The position numbers and the translations under genes are program-made. 64,000 bases of DNA from Heterodontus francisci (Eukaryota): contig NC_090387.1 of NCBI RefSeq assembly GCF_036365525.1, forward strand, positions 88,949,691 to 89,013,690, read 5' to 3'. This document shows positions 47,400-61,000 of the stretch, piece by piece; positions within the stretch are counted from its first letter, which is position 1; each line of letters opens with the position of its first letter. Below the pieces are notes generated by a model. That model saw nothing but the letters and a program-made list of their open reading frames with translations. It was not told the DNA's origin and made no database searches.

Positions 47400-50300
47400 G
47401 ACCTGATCATTCTGTTTTCCCCTGCAGGTGAATCACAGCTACAGCCAGGCGACATATCCAGGGACATCCGTCCACCTCTGAGGAGGAGGTGGGGACCTCA
47501 GGTTGTGCCGTGACACATCCTTTCCCTGCACTAAACACCAGCTCAGATACGGTCATCGTGGTTGGGCTGATTGCATCTTCAGATCTGTGGTCACAACCTG
47601 GTGCTAGCACTGCACAAGTGCCGGACCAGCTGCCAGAGGCAGTTTTGGCCAATGCCTCCAACATTCAGAGGACTGTGCTGAGCCGCATAATGATGACGAG
47701 CCTCTGAGGTCATCCATTCAGTGGGAGATGTTATAGGTGTAGTGTGGAGATCTGACAAAGTTGCCAGAGACGATGCATGCTCTGGCTTAGACTCTGGAGG
47801 TGTACTTCCAGGGCATGAGTTCAGCAAAGTCCCTGTTATCTAAGTGACTGGCTTCCTCCATTGACAAATTGGCAGCGGCAGTGGAGATCCAGCTCCAGCA
47901 GGCCACCCAATGCCTGTCGGAGATGTGCAGAGACCTTAAAACCCTCGCCTTGTCAATGAGTGCAATGCATCAGTGGCTATGCAAGATAAGGACGAGGCTC
48001 CTGGGGTCTCCTCCAAGTGCTCATCCCTCTGAGATTAGCAGAGAGGCTCAAAAGAAACTCATGAAAGCACATAAGCAACAGCAGTATGCATCTAGTAGCT
48101 CCTCTCAGGACCCTCCTGATGCATACAGCAGCTCCTTGTCCCCTCTGTCAGTGACACTAGCACCTCAGAATGTCAGGATGACTGAGGGTGGTCCTGAGAC
48201 TTCTCAGGGTCACCTCAATATGCCAGGATCCTCATGACCCTGGGCAGCTGGAGGGCACCCGCCAAGGGGCATCCTGATCAGCCACCTGCCTCTGACTGGG
48301 CTGGCAGTGAGAGGACTTCGACACGTTTGAGCACTCACAAATGTAACTGCACTTTGGGTTCATTGGTGTGATTTGGAATCATGTTAATTTACGTGCTACT
48401 TCCCACAAACTTGTTTTTTTAATTTCTCATTTGGCTTATTTATGTCTCAAATGGTGATGTATGAGGCGAACATTTTCTTCTGCATGAGATGGAGGCTTGG
48501 GAGAGGTGCACCCTTGGGCCATGGTGCATTAGATGGAAAGTTGGACCGTTGAAGCTGAGATTAACGCCTGCAGGTGAGTGCTTTTGTGCTTCCAGCAGAT
48601 GTGAATGCCTGAATTTGGATTGAAATGCCAGTCACTGGCATAGTACATGGGTGATGAGCCTCAGGTCAGTGGAAACACCTGAGTATTAGAGCCTCCCTTG
48701 CACCTAACTCCTGCAAACCTCCAACTGCTTCCCCCAGATGTTCAGGTGGCTGCTCCCCCTTCTCCTCCTCAATCCCTTCCCCCTCCTCATGTGAGGATGC
48801 CTCATGCTAAACAATGTCCTTCACATCCAGGGCCTTGCCCCTCTGCAGCGCCAGGTTATGTAAGGCACAGCAGAAAACAACAATGCGAGATACCCTTGCT
48901 GGCGAGTACTGAAGGGCACCACCTGAATGTTCCAGGCATCTAAATCTCATCTTCAGAAGACCTATGTTCTGCTCAATGATGACTCTGGTGGCCACATGGT
49001 TCACATTGGATCATTCCTCTGCTCCATTCCATGGGTTCCTCACGAGTGTCATCAGCCATCTCTTCGGTGTGTAACTGCTGTCACTCAGTGTCCATCCGAG
49101 CAAGCACTCAGGAGGACTGAAAAGCACTGGCATCTGGGAATTCCGGAGAATTAATGCATCGTGACTGCTTCCTGGATAACGAGCACACATCTGAAATATA
49201 CTCTCATGGTGTCACAGACAAGTTGCACATTCATTGAGTGAAACCATTTTTGATTAATGAAGACCCCTTACAGACTTGCAGGTGCTCCAATGGCCACATG
49301 TGTACAGTCAATCATGCCTTGGACCATGGGGAACCAAGCAATGGTGCTGAAGCCTTTGGCTCTCTTGGCCTGACCGGTGGAATCAGTCTGGCTCTTGGTG
49401 AACTGGTTGGCACACCTGAATATGGCATCAGCAATCACCTTTTTGCAGTACTGTGCTGATGGTTGTGAGATTCCGAACGTCTCCTGTTTCTTTTTATTAT
49501 TATTCATTCATGGGATGTGAGCATCACTGGCTATGCCAGCATTTATTGCCCATCCCTAATTTCCCTTGAGAAGCTGGTGCTGAGTTGCCTTCTTGATCCG
49601 CTGCAGTCCATGTGGGGTAGGTACACCCACAGTGCTGTGAGGAAGGGAGTTCCAGAATTTTGACCCAGCAACAGTGAAGGAGCAGCGATATAGTTCCAAT
49701 TCAGGATGGTGTGTGACTTGGATGGGAACTTGCAGGGGATGATGTTCCCATGCATCTGCTGCTCTTGTCTTTCGAGGTGGTAGAGGTCACAGGTTTGGAA
49801 GGTGCTGTCTAAGGAACCTTGGTGCGTTGATGCAGTGCATCTTGTAGATGGCACACACTGCTGCCACTGTGCGTCAATGGTGGAGGGAGTGACTGTTTGT
49901 GGATGGTGTGCCAATCAAGTGGGTTGCTTTGTTCTGGATGGTGTCGGGCTTCTTGAGTGTTGTTGGAGCTGTGTATTCCATCACACTCCTGACTTGTGCC
50001 TTGTAGATGGTGGACAGGCTTTGGGGATTCAGGAGGTGAGTTACTCGCCACAGGATTCCTAGCCTATGACCTGCTTTTGTAGCCACGGTATTTATATGGC
50101 TACTCCAGTTCAGTTTCTGGCCAATGGTAGCCTCTAGGATGTTGATAGTGGAGGATTCAGCGATGGTAATGCCATTGAATGTCAAGGGGAGACGGTTATA
50201 TTCTCTCTTGTTGGAGATAGTTATTGCCTGGCACTTGTGTGGCATGAATCTTCCTTGCTACTTATCAGCCCGAGGCTGGATATTGTCCAGGTCTTGCTGC

Positions 50301-52996
50301 ATTTCTACACAGACTGCTTCAATATCTTAGAAGTCACGAATGGTGCTGAACATTGTGTAATCATCAGTGAACATCCCCACTTCTGACGTTATGATTGAAG
50401 GAAGGTCATTGATGAAGCAGCTGAAGATGGTTGGGCCTAGGACACTACCCTGAGGAACTTCTCCAGTGATGTCCTGGAGCTCAGATGATTGACCTTCAAC
50501 AACCACAACCATCTTCCTTTGTGCTAGGTATGACTCCAACCAGCGGAGGGTTTTCCCCCTGTTTCCCATTGACCTCAGTTTTGCTAGGGCTCCTTGATGC
50601 CATACTCGGTCAAATGCTGCATTGACGTCAAGAGCAGTCACTCCCACCTCACCTCTTGAGTTCAGCTCTTTTGTCCATGTTTGAACCAAGTCTGTAATGA
50701 GGTCAGGAGCTGAGTGGCCCTGGCGAAACCCAAACTGAGCATCACTGAGCAGTTTATTGCTAAGCAAGTGCTGCTTGATAGCACAGTTGATGACACCTTC
50801 CATCACTTTACTGATGATTGAGAGTCGACTGATGGGGCAGTAATTTACCAGGTTGGATTTGTCCTGCTTTTTGTGTACAGGACATACCTAGGCAATTTAC
50901 CACATTGCCGGGTAGATGCCAGTGTTGTAGCTGTACTGAAACAGCTTGGCTAGGGGTGAGGCAATTTCTGGAGCACAGATCTTCAGTACTATTGCCAGAA
51001 TATTGTCAGGGCCCATAGCCTTTGCAGTATCGAGTGCCTTCAGTCTTTCCTTGATATCACGCGCAGTGAATCGAATTGGCTGAAGTCTGGCATCTGTAAT
51101 GCTGGGGACTTCAGGAGGAGGCCGAGATGGATCATCAACTCGGCACTTCTGGATGAAGATTGTTGCAAATGCTTCAGCCTTATCTTTCGCACTGATGTGC
51201 TGGACTCCTCCATCATTGAGGATGGGGATATTTGTGGAGCCACCTCCTCCAGTTAGTTGTTTAATTGTCCACCACCATTCACGACTGGATGTGGCAGGAC
51301 TGCAGAGCTTAGATCTGATCCGTTGGTTATGGGATCGCTTAGCTCTGTCTATCGCCTGCTGCTTATGCAGTTTGGCATGCAGATAGTCCTGTGTTGGAGC
51401 TTCACCAGGTTGACACCTCATTTTGAGGTATGCCTGGTGCTGCTCCTGGCATGCCCTCCTGCACTCTTCATTGGACCAGGGTTGGTCTCCTGGCTTGATG
51501 GTAATGGAAGAGTGGGGGATATGCCGGGCCATGAGGTTATAGATTGTGGTTGAGTACAATTCTGCTGCTGCTGATGGCCCACAGCGCCTCATGGATGCCC
51601 AGTTTTGCATTGCTAGATCTGTTTGAAATCTATCCCATTTAGCATGGTGATAGTGCCACACAACACGATGGACGGTATCCTCAATGTGAAGGCGGAACTT
51701 CGTATCCACAAGGACTGTGCAGTGTTCACTCCTACCAATACTGTCATGGACAGAAGCATCTGCGGCAGGCAGATTGGTGAGGATGAGGTCAAGTATGTTT
51801 TTCCCTCATGTTTGTTCCCTCACCACCTGCTGCAGACCCAGTCTAGCAGCTGTGTCCTTTAGGACTCGGCCAACTCGGTCAGTAGTGGTGCTACCGAGCC
51901 ACTCTTGGTGATGGACAATGAAGTCCCCTACCCAGAGTACATTTTGTGCCCTTGCCACCCTCAGTGCTTCCTCCAAATGGTGTTCAACATGGAGGAGTAC
52001 TGACTCATCAGCTGAGGGAGGGCGGTAGGTGGTAATCAGTAGGAGGTGACCTTGTCCATGTTTGATCTCCTGTGGATGCCTGGAAGGAGCCTGATGCATA
52101 GACATTCAGAGCGACTGTGACCTTTAGTGCCAGCGGCATTGGATGACCACCCACGCAGTTGGAGCTGACCTCCACTGCCATCATCTCACACAGAGATGTG
52201 ACAGTCTCTCAGGACAGGCGCAGTCTTCTACAGCACTGGTGTTCCAACATCTGCAGAAAGCTCAGTCACTGCCAGTACACCCTGCCTACTGGGTAGAATC
52301 ATCACTTCACAGGTATTTATCTCAGTGCACTCTGTGGCCTTCTGCCCCTCCCCCATAACCAGGCTGTAGTTGGCCAGCAGGTCACTGATTTCCCTGACTA
52401 TTTGTCCCCCTGTCCCTCCTTGTGACATTCTCTTCCTCGCCGGTCGATCCTCCTCCAGAGCAAACAATGTCCACGGTTGCAGCATCCCAAAGATGTATTG
52501 GGGACAGTTGTTTGCTACCTGTACCATGAGACCTTTTGTCATTTAATGTCTCCAGTCCTTTACCCTACCACCCACAACCCCTGTCTCCTACTTAGGATAA
52601 ATCACTTATGTTGTGGCCCTACCAGGCGGTTTACTCACTCAGGTGAGCCCTGGTGAGCCAGCAATATTAGTCCCGACCTTGGAATTAACTCATAGATATA
52701 ACAGACAGAACTGAAAATTCAAGTACCTCCAACTCCTTCACTGACACAGCAGTTGCCGCTCATTTAAAGCTGCCCGGTCTGCGACCCCCCGTTTGACCCG
52801 TGCGCAGAAAGTAAAATCGAACAGCCAATGTAAAATGGCTGTCAATTGCCTTTAATCGGACAGTGAACAGCTGTCTGATGAGAGTAAAATAAACATTGGG
52901 CATAATGACGTTGGGGACCCGTTCCAACATCATGACCTGCCGTTTTTCATTTCCGCCTCTGAGGGCACACGATTTGGCAAGGTCAAATTCTGGCCC
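47400..52996 (-). mobile_element. PIF/Harbinger DNA transposon remnant split by a LINE; transposase on minus strand
   Basis: HARBI1-like motifs ALNVYASGSFQ (~52075-52110), FPMVQGMIDCTHVAI (49268..49507) and TRVIIEQNIGLLKMRFRCL..CCALHN (48807..49004). Terminus aaattctggccc at 52985-52996. 47400-48340 is probably the decayed second (Myb/SANT-partner) gene on + (inference). Left boundary uncertain. Confidence 0.8.
49488..52065 (-). mobile_element. Best-preserved copy of the tRNA-headed-family LINE (5'-truncated), inserted in the Harbinger transposase
   Basis: ORFs 51806..52105 (LWVGDF), 50897..51709, 50327..50806 and 49874..50245. 8-bp duplication tctcctgt at 49480-49487 and 52066-52073. Confidence 0.92.
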
Positions 52997-53337
52997 TTGT
53001 TTCTTTCTTAATCCTTTTACTTTATCTTTATACAGCCATCTGCACCTCATCCAGTCACATCTTTTGTTTCTTTTCTTGGCTTTGTACCATGAAACCTTTT
53101 GTCATTTAATATCTCCAGCCCTCTGCCCTTTCACAGACCCCTTTTCTTCTCCATCCACACCTTTCAGTTACTCAAACCTATTACATTTCTAACCTTTGCC
53201 AGTTCTGATGAAGGGTCATTAACCTCAAACATTTTAACTGGGTTTTTCTCTCCACAGATGCTGTCTGACCCGCTGAGACTTCCCAGCATTTTCTGTTTTA
53301 GTTTCAGATTTCCAGCATCTGCAGTATTTTACTTTTG
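52997..53337 (+). mobile_element. PLE 3' terminal region with hammerhead-like core
   Basis: ccagttctgatgaagggtca...tttcagatttccagcatctgcagtatttt; reverse complement of the 2860-3250 region. Confidence 0.7.
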
Positions 53338-53477
53338 AGATAGAATTGACCTGCTGTGGAAGAAGGGAACCAGACAGAATAGCTTTATGTGTCTGTGTTT
53401 GTACAGTGGCAAAAATTCTACAGTTAATAAAGTACAAAGTTATGGGGTGGTGCGGTGAACTAAGGTGAATATAAAAC

Positions 53478-55075
53478 TCAGGAACATAGGAAATAGGAGC
53501 AGGAGTAGGCCATTTGGCCCCACGAGCCTGTTCCACAATTCAACCAGATTGTGGCTGATCTAACTCAATGCCATTTTCCAGCACTTTCCCGATATAACTT
53601 GATATCATGAATATCTAGAAATCTATCGATCTCTGTCTTCAATTTAGAGAGTGAACATAAAAAAATGAGGTGACAACAGGAGGAATATTGAGAGCAAAGC
53701 CAGCAGTTTGTAAAAATGTGTCGACAGAAAGCTAAAGAGTTAGGTACAGAATCATAGAAATTTATGACATAGAGAGAGTCCATTCAACCATCATGTCTGT
53801 GCCAGCTGAAAAAGGACTATCGAGCCTCATCCCACTTTCCAGCACTTGCTCTGTAACTTTGTAGAGTAAAGCACTTCAAGTGTATATCTGGGAGTTTTTT
53901 ATTAAATATATCAATGGTTTTTGTCTCTACCACCATTTCAGGCAGTGAGTTCCAGACCCCCACCATCCTCTTGGGGAAAACAAAATCTCCTCAATTCCCC
54001 TCTATTCCTTTCACCAATTATGTTAAATCTATGCCCCCTGGCTATTGGTCTCTCTGCTAAGGGAAATAGGTCCTTCCTATCCACTCTATCTAGGCCCGCA
54101 CATATTTTTATGCACCTCAATTAAATCTCCCTTCAGCCTCCACTGTTCCAATGAAAACAACACCAGCCTATCCAATATTTCCTCATATCTAGTGTTTTGC
54201 AATCCTGGTAACATCATTTTAAATATCCTCTGCACCCTCTCCAGTGAGAACTTATCTTTCCTGTAATGTGATGACCAGAACTGTACTTGAGCTGTGACCT
54301 AACTAATGTTTTGGACAGTTCTAGCATAACCTCCCTGCTCTTATTTTCTATGCCGTGGCTAATAAAGGAAAGTATCCTATCTGCCTTTTTAACCACCAGA
54401 TCTACCTGTCCTGCTACATTCAGGGATCTGTGGACATGTGCACCAACATCCCTCTGCTCCTCTACACTTCTCAGAAACCTACCATTTATTGTGTACTCCC
54501 TTGCCTTGTTTGCCCTCCCCAAATGCATTACCCCCACTTCTCCAGGTTGAATTCTATTTGACACTTATCTGCCTACCTGGCCAGTGCATTGATATCTTCC
54601 TACAGTCTACTGCTTTCTTCTTCAATATCAACCCACAACCATTCTTTGTATCATCTTCAAACTTCTCAAACATGTCCCTTATATTTAAGCCAAAATCATT
54701 GGTATAAATCATGAAAAGCAAGGGACCTAGTACTAAACCCTGCAGAACCCCACTAAAATAGCCTTCCAGTCACAAAAACACCATCGATTCTTTGCTTCCT
54801 GCCACTGAGCCAATTTTGGTTCCAACCTGCCACTTTCCTTTAGATCCCTGGGCTTTTAGTTTTCTGATCAGTGTACCACGTGGGACCTTGTTAAAAGCTT
54901 TGCTAAAATCCATGACGACTACATTCAATACACTATCCTCATCGACGCTCCTTGTTAACCTCTTCAAAAAATTCAATCAATTTAGTCAGACTTGACCTTC
55001 CCTTAACAAATCTATGCTGGCTGTCCTTGATTAATCTGTGCTTTTTTAAATGACAATTAATATTGTTCCTCAATT
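53478..55075 (-). mobile_element. CR1/L3 fragments (53478-53650, 53750-55075)
   Basis: ORFs 54214..54564 (MHLGRANKAREYTING..LVVKKA) and 54770..54976 (MDFSKAFNKVP). Confidence 0.8.
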
Positions 55076-55539
55076 GTTTTCCCAATAATTTCCCTGAGTT
55101 TTCCAAGTTTCTTTTGCAGTACGATCAGGGCCAACTTAAAACATTCCCCATCGAATTCTGCAAGAGCTACTGTGGAAGTGTGAAAGAATCCCAGGGAAAT
55201 TTCAGCAGGGTTATTTCTCACTCCAGAACTGTATAAAAGTCCTGCTGATCTGACTCAAACGGCAAAAACCCACCATTTGTTAGACAACACTGACCTCTAG
55301 TGTCTAGCAAACAAATTTCAGGCAATAGAAATAAAAAATGCTGGAAACAATCAACAAGTCTGACAGCATCTGTGGAAAGAGAAGCGGAGAAACAGTTAAC
55401 TTTTCAGGTTGATGACCTTTCAGCAGAATTCTTAAAGTGGCAATGTTATGCTAATAAGACACCTAGAGCCTGTTTAAGAACCCCTCTTGGAAATTCGGCA
55501 GCCCTCCTCTCCTTTATCCTTGAAATGTATTGGGATCCT

Positions 55540-55830
55540 AATGATGAGGAGAAGAGGAAGGAGAAACAGTGCGAGGAAGGAAGGGTGAGGACAGGGAGGA
55601 GAGTGGGAGGAAATGGGGAATGGAAGATGAACAAGTGGGGGACAAATGCATGAAATCAAGGAGGAAGGGGGAAAGGAGAGGAAGGAATGAAGAGGAGAGG
55701 GGAATGAGTGATGGAGGATGAAAGTGGCAAATGAGGGGAGGAGTGGGGAGGGTGACAGAGATAAAGGGAGGAAAGAGAGGGGATTGGAGGCAAAGATGTG
55801 GAAAGGACAAAAGAGGAGTGAAGGAGTGGG
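55540..55830 (+). repeat. Purine-rich (GA/GGA) low-complexity tract
   Basis: Sequence is almost entirely G/A on the + strand. Confidence 0.8.
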
Positions 55831-56076
55831 TAACTTGTGTTGTGTCTCACTTCTGGGGTTGTTGCTCATGGTTTTTATGGGAGCCTCACATTACAGCAGA
55901 ATCACACACAGCCCCTTGGTTGTAACACATGTATCCACCCCACCCCCCAGTCCCGACGGGCAGAATGAGTGTCAGTGAGACACTAAAACCACAGACACTC
56001 ACAGTAAATGTGTCACCAGAAGCTGAACTATTTCTAAAGGTTTAGATCAGATGATCCAACAGGGTGAAGGTCAGGA

Positions 56077-56189
56077 ACAAAAACAAGAAATGCTGGATTC
56101 ACTCAGCAGGTCTGGCAGCATCTGTGGAAAGAGAAGCAGAGTTAACGTTTCGGGTCAGTGACCCTTCTTCGGAACTGTAATGCTGCAAT
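56077..56189 (-). mobile_element. Solo PLE terminal-repeat insertion with TSD
   Basis: 13-bp duplication gtgaaggtcagga at 56064-56076 and 56190-56202; body near-identical to 13948-14040. Confidence 0.8.
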
Positions 56190-56384
56190 GTGAAGGTCAG
56201 GAGCCTGTCATACACACAATGACCAGCAGGCAGCCTCAGCTCACTAACCTCCTGCTGAAGATCACATTAACTGTTCAGATCCCAGCAGCAGAGGAACTTC
56301 TGCTTCCTGTGGCCATGCAGTTCTTCAACCAAATTTCCACACAAATAGGAGCCACTGCAGAATCTGTTTTTTCGCTTCTACTTT

Positions 56385-57345
56385 CCTTGGATGTGAGCGT
56401 CACTGGCTAGGCCAGCATTTATTGCCCATCCCTAATTGCCCTTGAGAAGGTGGTGGTGTGCTGCCTTCTTGAATGCTTGCAGTCCATGTTGTCCAGGTAC
56501 ACCCACAGTGCTGTGAAGAAGGGAATTCCAGGATTGTGACCATGCAACAGTAAAGGAACGGTGATATAGTTCCAAATCAGGATGGTGTGTGCCATGGAGG
56601 GGAACTTGCAGATGATGGTGTTCCCATGCATCTGCTGTGCTTGTTCTTCTAGGTGGTAGAGGTTGTGTGTTTGGAAGGTGCTGTTGCCGAGTTATTCCAG
56701 AGCATTGTGTGTATGGTACACACTGCAGCCACTGTGCACTGGTGATGGAGGGAGTGAATGCTTAATATAGAGGATGGAGTGCCGATCGAGAATGCTGCTT
56801 TGTCCTGGATGGTGTTGAGATTCTTGAGTGTTGTTGGAGCTGCACCCATCCGGGCAAGTGCAGAGTATTGCAAGACACTCCTGACTTGTGCCTTGTAGAT
56901 CATGGACAGGCTTCGGGGTGTCAGGAGGTGAGTTACTCACCACAGAATCCTCAGCGTCTAACCTGCTCTGGTAGCCACAGTATTTTTATTGCTGGTCCAG
57001 TTAAGTTTCTGGACAATGGAAAGCCCCCAGGATATTGACGGTTAGGGATTCAGTGATCGTAATGTCACAGAAAGTCAAGGGAGATGGTGAGATTTTCTCT
57101 TGCTGGAGATGGTCATTGCCTGGCACTTGTGTGGTGTAAATGTTACTTACCAATTATCAGCCCAAGACTGAATGTTGTCCAGGTCTTACTGCACATGGGA
57201 ACAGACTGCTTCAGTATCTGAGGAGTCGTAAACAGTCCTGAACATTGTGCAATCATCAGTGAATATTCTCACTTCTGACCTTATGATAGATGGAAGATCA
57301 TTGGGCCTTGGAACTAACCTGAGGAACTCCTGCATCGATGTCCTG
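56385..57345 (-). mobile_element. tRNA-headed-family LINE 3' portion
   Basis: IYKAQVRSVLQYS..GAAPTTLKNL (56649..56903) and the shared 3' tail. Confidence 0.85.
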
Positions 57346-57504
57346 GTAAAATAGCAGTGGGGGTGGGTAAGTGACGAGAACGGCACCCTCCCACCCCCCC
57401 CCCCCCCCCCGCCTCCTCCCCTCCCCCGCCCCACCCCCGCTTCCCATTTGATTTTCCATCCTCTCCCACCTCACAGCCCTTTACCGGGTGTAACATTCCG
57501 GCCA

Positions 57505-58005
57505 TTTCTGTGTTTGCATGTGTCTTTGTGTGTATCTTTGTCACTGTGTCCATCTATGTGTGTGTCTGTTTCTGTGTCTTTGTGTCTGACTTTGTACATA
57601 GGTGTACCTACATGTGTGACCTGTCGGTGTTTGTATGTATGCCAGATTGTTTGTTGTATGTGTCTTTCTATGTGTGTTTTTGTGGTGTGTGTGTGTATCT
57701 GTTCTGATGTCTCTATATGCGTACCTGTTTGTGTTTGTCTGTGTCTGTATGTGTGTGTATCTATCTTGTGGGTGTATGCATGTCTGCTCGTTCGCGCTTG
57801 TTTGTGACTGCATGTGTCTGTTCATCTGTTTACATCTGTGCCTGTGCACATGTCTGTATCGGTCTGTGAGTCTCTGTGTTTGTTTGTGTGTCTGTGTTGT
57901 CTGTGTGTGTTTTTGTTTGGTTGTGTGTATTGTTGTGCGTTTCTGTTTATATGTGTCTATGCTTTGAGTGTGTATGTAGATCTGTATTTGTATCTATGTG
58001 CATTT
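57505..58005 (+). repeat. Degenerate TG-rich low-complexity tract, preceded by a poly-C tract at 57385-57440
   Basis: Imperfect (TG)n/(TGTC)n runs; the Cys/Val-rich ORFs here are artefacts. Confidence 0.85.
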
Positions 58006-58014
58006 TTCATTTTC

Positions 58015-61000
58015 TTTCACTGGATGTGGGCATCACTGGCTAGGCCAGCATTTATTGTACCTCATTGCCCTTGAGAAGGTGGTAGGGAGGGGCATTAATG
58101 AACTGCTGCAGTCCTTGTTGTGTAGATACACCAACAGTGCTGTTAGGAAGGGAGTTCCCAGATTTTGACCCAGCAACAGTGAAGGAAAGGCCATATAGTT
58201 CCAAGTCAGGATGGTGTGTGGTTTGGAGGGGAACTTGCAGGTGATGGTGTTCCCATGCATTGGCTGTCCTTGTCCTTGTAGGTGGTAGAGATCGTGGATT
58301 TGGAAGGTGCTGTCAAAGGAGCCTTGATGAGTTGCTGCACCGCATCTTGTAGATGGTACACACTGCTGCCACTGTGCATCGGTGGTGGAGGGAGTGAATG
58401 TTGAAGGTGGTGAATGGGGTAACAATCAAGTGGGCTGCTTTATCCTGGATGATGTCAAGCTTATTGATTGTAGTTGGAGCTGCACCCATCCAGGCAAGTG
58501 GAAAGTATTCCATCACACTCCTGGCATGTGACTTGTAGATAGGAGACAGGCATTGAGGAGTCAGGAGGTGAATTACTCACAACAGAATTCACAGCCTCTG
58601 ACCTGCTCTTATTACTTATATGGCCTGTCCTGTCCAGTTTCAGGTCAATGGTAACCCCCCCACCCCCCTCAGGATGTTGATAGTAGAGGATTCAGCAATG
58701 GTAATGCCATTGAATGTCAAGGGGAGATGGTTGGATTGTCTTTTGTTGAAGATGGTCATTGCCTGGTACTTGTGTGGTGGGAATGTTACTTGTCACTTAT
58801 GAGCCCAAGCCTAAATGTTATCCAGATCTTGCTGCATATGGACACGGACTACTTCAGTATCTGAGGAGTCGCAAATGGTGCTGAACATTGTGCAATCATT
58901 AGTGAACATCCCCACTTCTGACCTTATGATGGAGGAAAGGTCATTGATGAAGCAGCTGAAGATGGTTGGGCCTAGGACACTACCCTGAGAAACTCCTGCA
59001 GTGATGTCCTGGGACTGAAATGATTGATCTCCAACAACAACAACCATCTTCCATTGTGTTAGGTATGATTCCAAACAGTGGAGAGCTTTCCCCCTGATTC
59101 CCATTGACTCCAGTTTGGCTCGAGCTCCTTGATGACACAATTGGTCAAAATGCTGCCTTGATGTCAAGGGCAGTCACTCTCATCTCACCTCTGGAGTTCA
59201 GCTCTTTTGTCCATGTTTGGACCAAGGTTGTAATGAGGTCAGCAGCTGACTCGCCCTGACGGAACCCAAAATGAGCATCAGTGAGCAGGTTATTGCTGAG
59301 TATTTGCTCTCTCATAGCACTGTCGATGACACCTTCCATCACTTTTCTGATGATCAAGTGTAGACTGATGTGGTGGTAATTGGCCGGGTTGGATTTGTCC
59401 TGCTTTTTGTGTACAGTATATGCCGGGGCAATTTTCCACATGGTTGGCTAGATGCCAGTGTTGTAACTCAACTGGAACAGCTTGGCTAGGGGCACGGCCA
59501 GTACTCGAGAACACGTCTTCAGTAATATTGCTGGAATGTAATCATGGCCCATTGCCTTGCAGTATCCAGTGCCTTCAACCATTTCTCAATACCATATGGA
59601 GTGAATAAAATTGGCTGAAGACTGGCATCTGTGATGCTGGTGACCTGAGGAGGAGGCCAAGGTGGATCATCCACTTGGCACTTCTCGCTGAAGATGGTTG
59701 CAAAAGCTTCAGCCTTGTCTTTTGCACTGATGTTTTGGGCTCCCCTATCATTGAGGATGGAGATATTTGTGGAGCCTCCTTCTTCAGTTAGTAGTTTAAT
59801 TGCCCATCATCTTTTACGACTAAATGTGGCAGGTCTGCAGAGCCTCGATCTGACCCGTTGCTTATGGGATTGCTTAGCTCTGTCTATTGCATGCTGCTTC
59901 CACTGTTTGGCACACAAGTAGTCCTGCGTTGTAGCTTCACCAGGTTGACACCTCATTTTTAGGTATGCATGTGTGCTGCTCTTGGCATGCCCTCCTGCAC
60001 TCTTCATTGAGCCAGGGGTAAGTGGAGGATATAGCCTGGGCATAAAGTTACAGATTGTGGTTGAATACAGTTCTGCTACTGCTGATGGCACATAGCACCT
60101 CATGGATGCCCAGATTTGTGTTGTTAGATCTGTTCAAAATCTATCCCATTTAGCATAGTGGTAGTACCACACAACACGATGGAGAATATTTTCATATTTT
60201 CAATTGTGGTTCACAAAAGAAATTAGGGATAGTATTAGATCCAAGGAGGAGAAATATAAAATGGCCAGAACAAGCAGCAAACATGAGGATTGGGAGCAGT
60301 TTAGAATTCAGCAAAGGAGGACAAAGGGATTGATTAGGAAGTGGAAAATAGAATATGAGAGTAAGTTTGCAGAGAACATAAAAACTGACTGGAAAGCTTC
60401 TATAGATATGTGAAAAGAAAAAGATTAGTGAAGAAAAATGTGGTTCCCTTACAGTCAGAAACAGGGGAATTTATAATGGGGAACAAAGAAATGGCAAACC
60501 AATTAAATACATACTTTGGTTCTGTCTTCACAAAGGAGGACACAAATTACTTCCCAGAAATGTTGGGGAACATAGGGTCTAGTGAGAAGGAGGAACGGTA
60601 TGAAATTAGTATTTGTAGGGAAATGGTGTGAGGGAAATTGATGGGATTGAAGGCCAATAAATCCCCAGGGCCTGATAATTTGCATCCCAGAGTACTTAAG
60701 GATGTGGCCCTAGCAATAGTAGATGCATTGCTGGTCATTTTTCGAAATTCTATAGACTCTGGAACAGTTCCAACAGATTGGAGGGTAGCTAATGTCACCC
60801 CATTATTTAAAAAAGGAGGTGGAGAGAAAAGAGGGAATTATGGACTGGTTAGCCTGACATCAGTAGTGGGGAAAATGCTATAAAAGATGTAATAGCAGAG
60901 CACTTAGAAAACAATGACAGGATCGGACAAAGTCAACATGGATTTACAAAAGGGGAATCATGCTTGACAAATCTATTGGAATTTTTTGAGGATGTGACTA

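Noticed and set aside
48807-49507. Host HARBI1 gene
   Set aside because: Frameshifted, interrupted by a LINE and bounded by a transposon-like terminus; a decayed Harbinger element.
57448-58074. Cys/Val-rich or His/Thr-rich ORFs
   Set aside because: Translations of a degenerate TG repeat.
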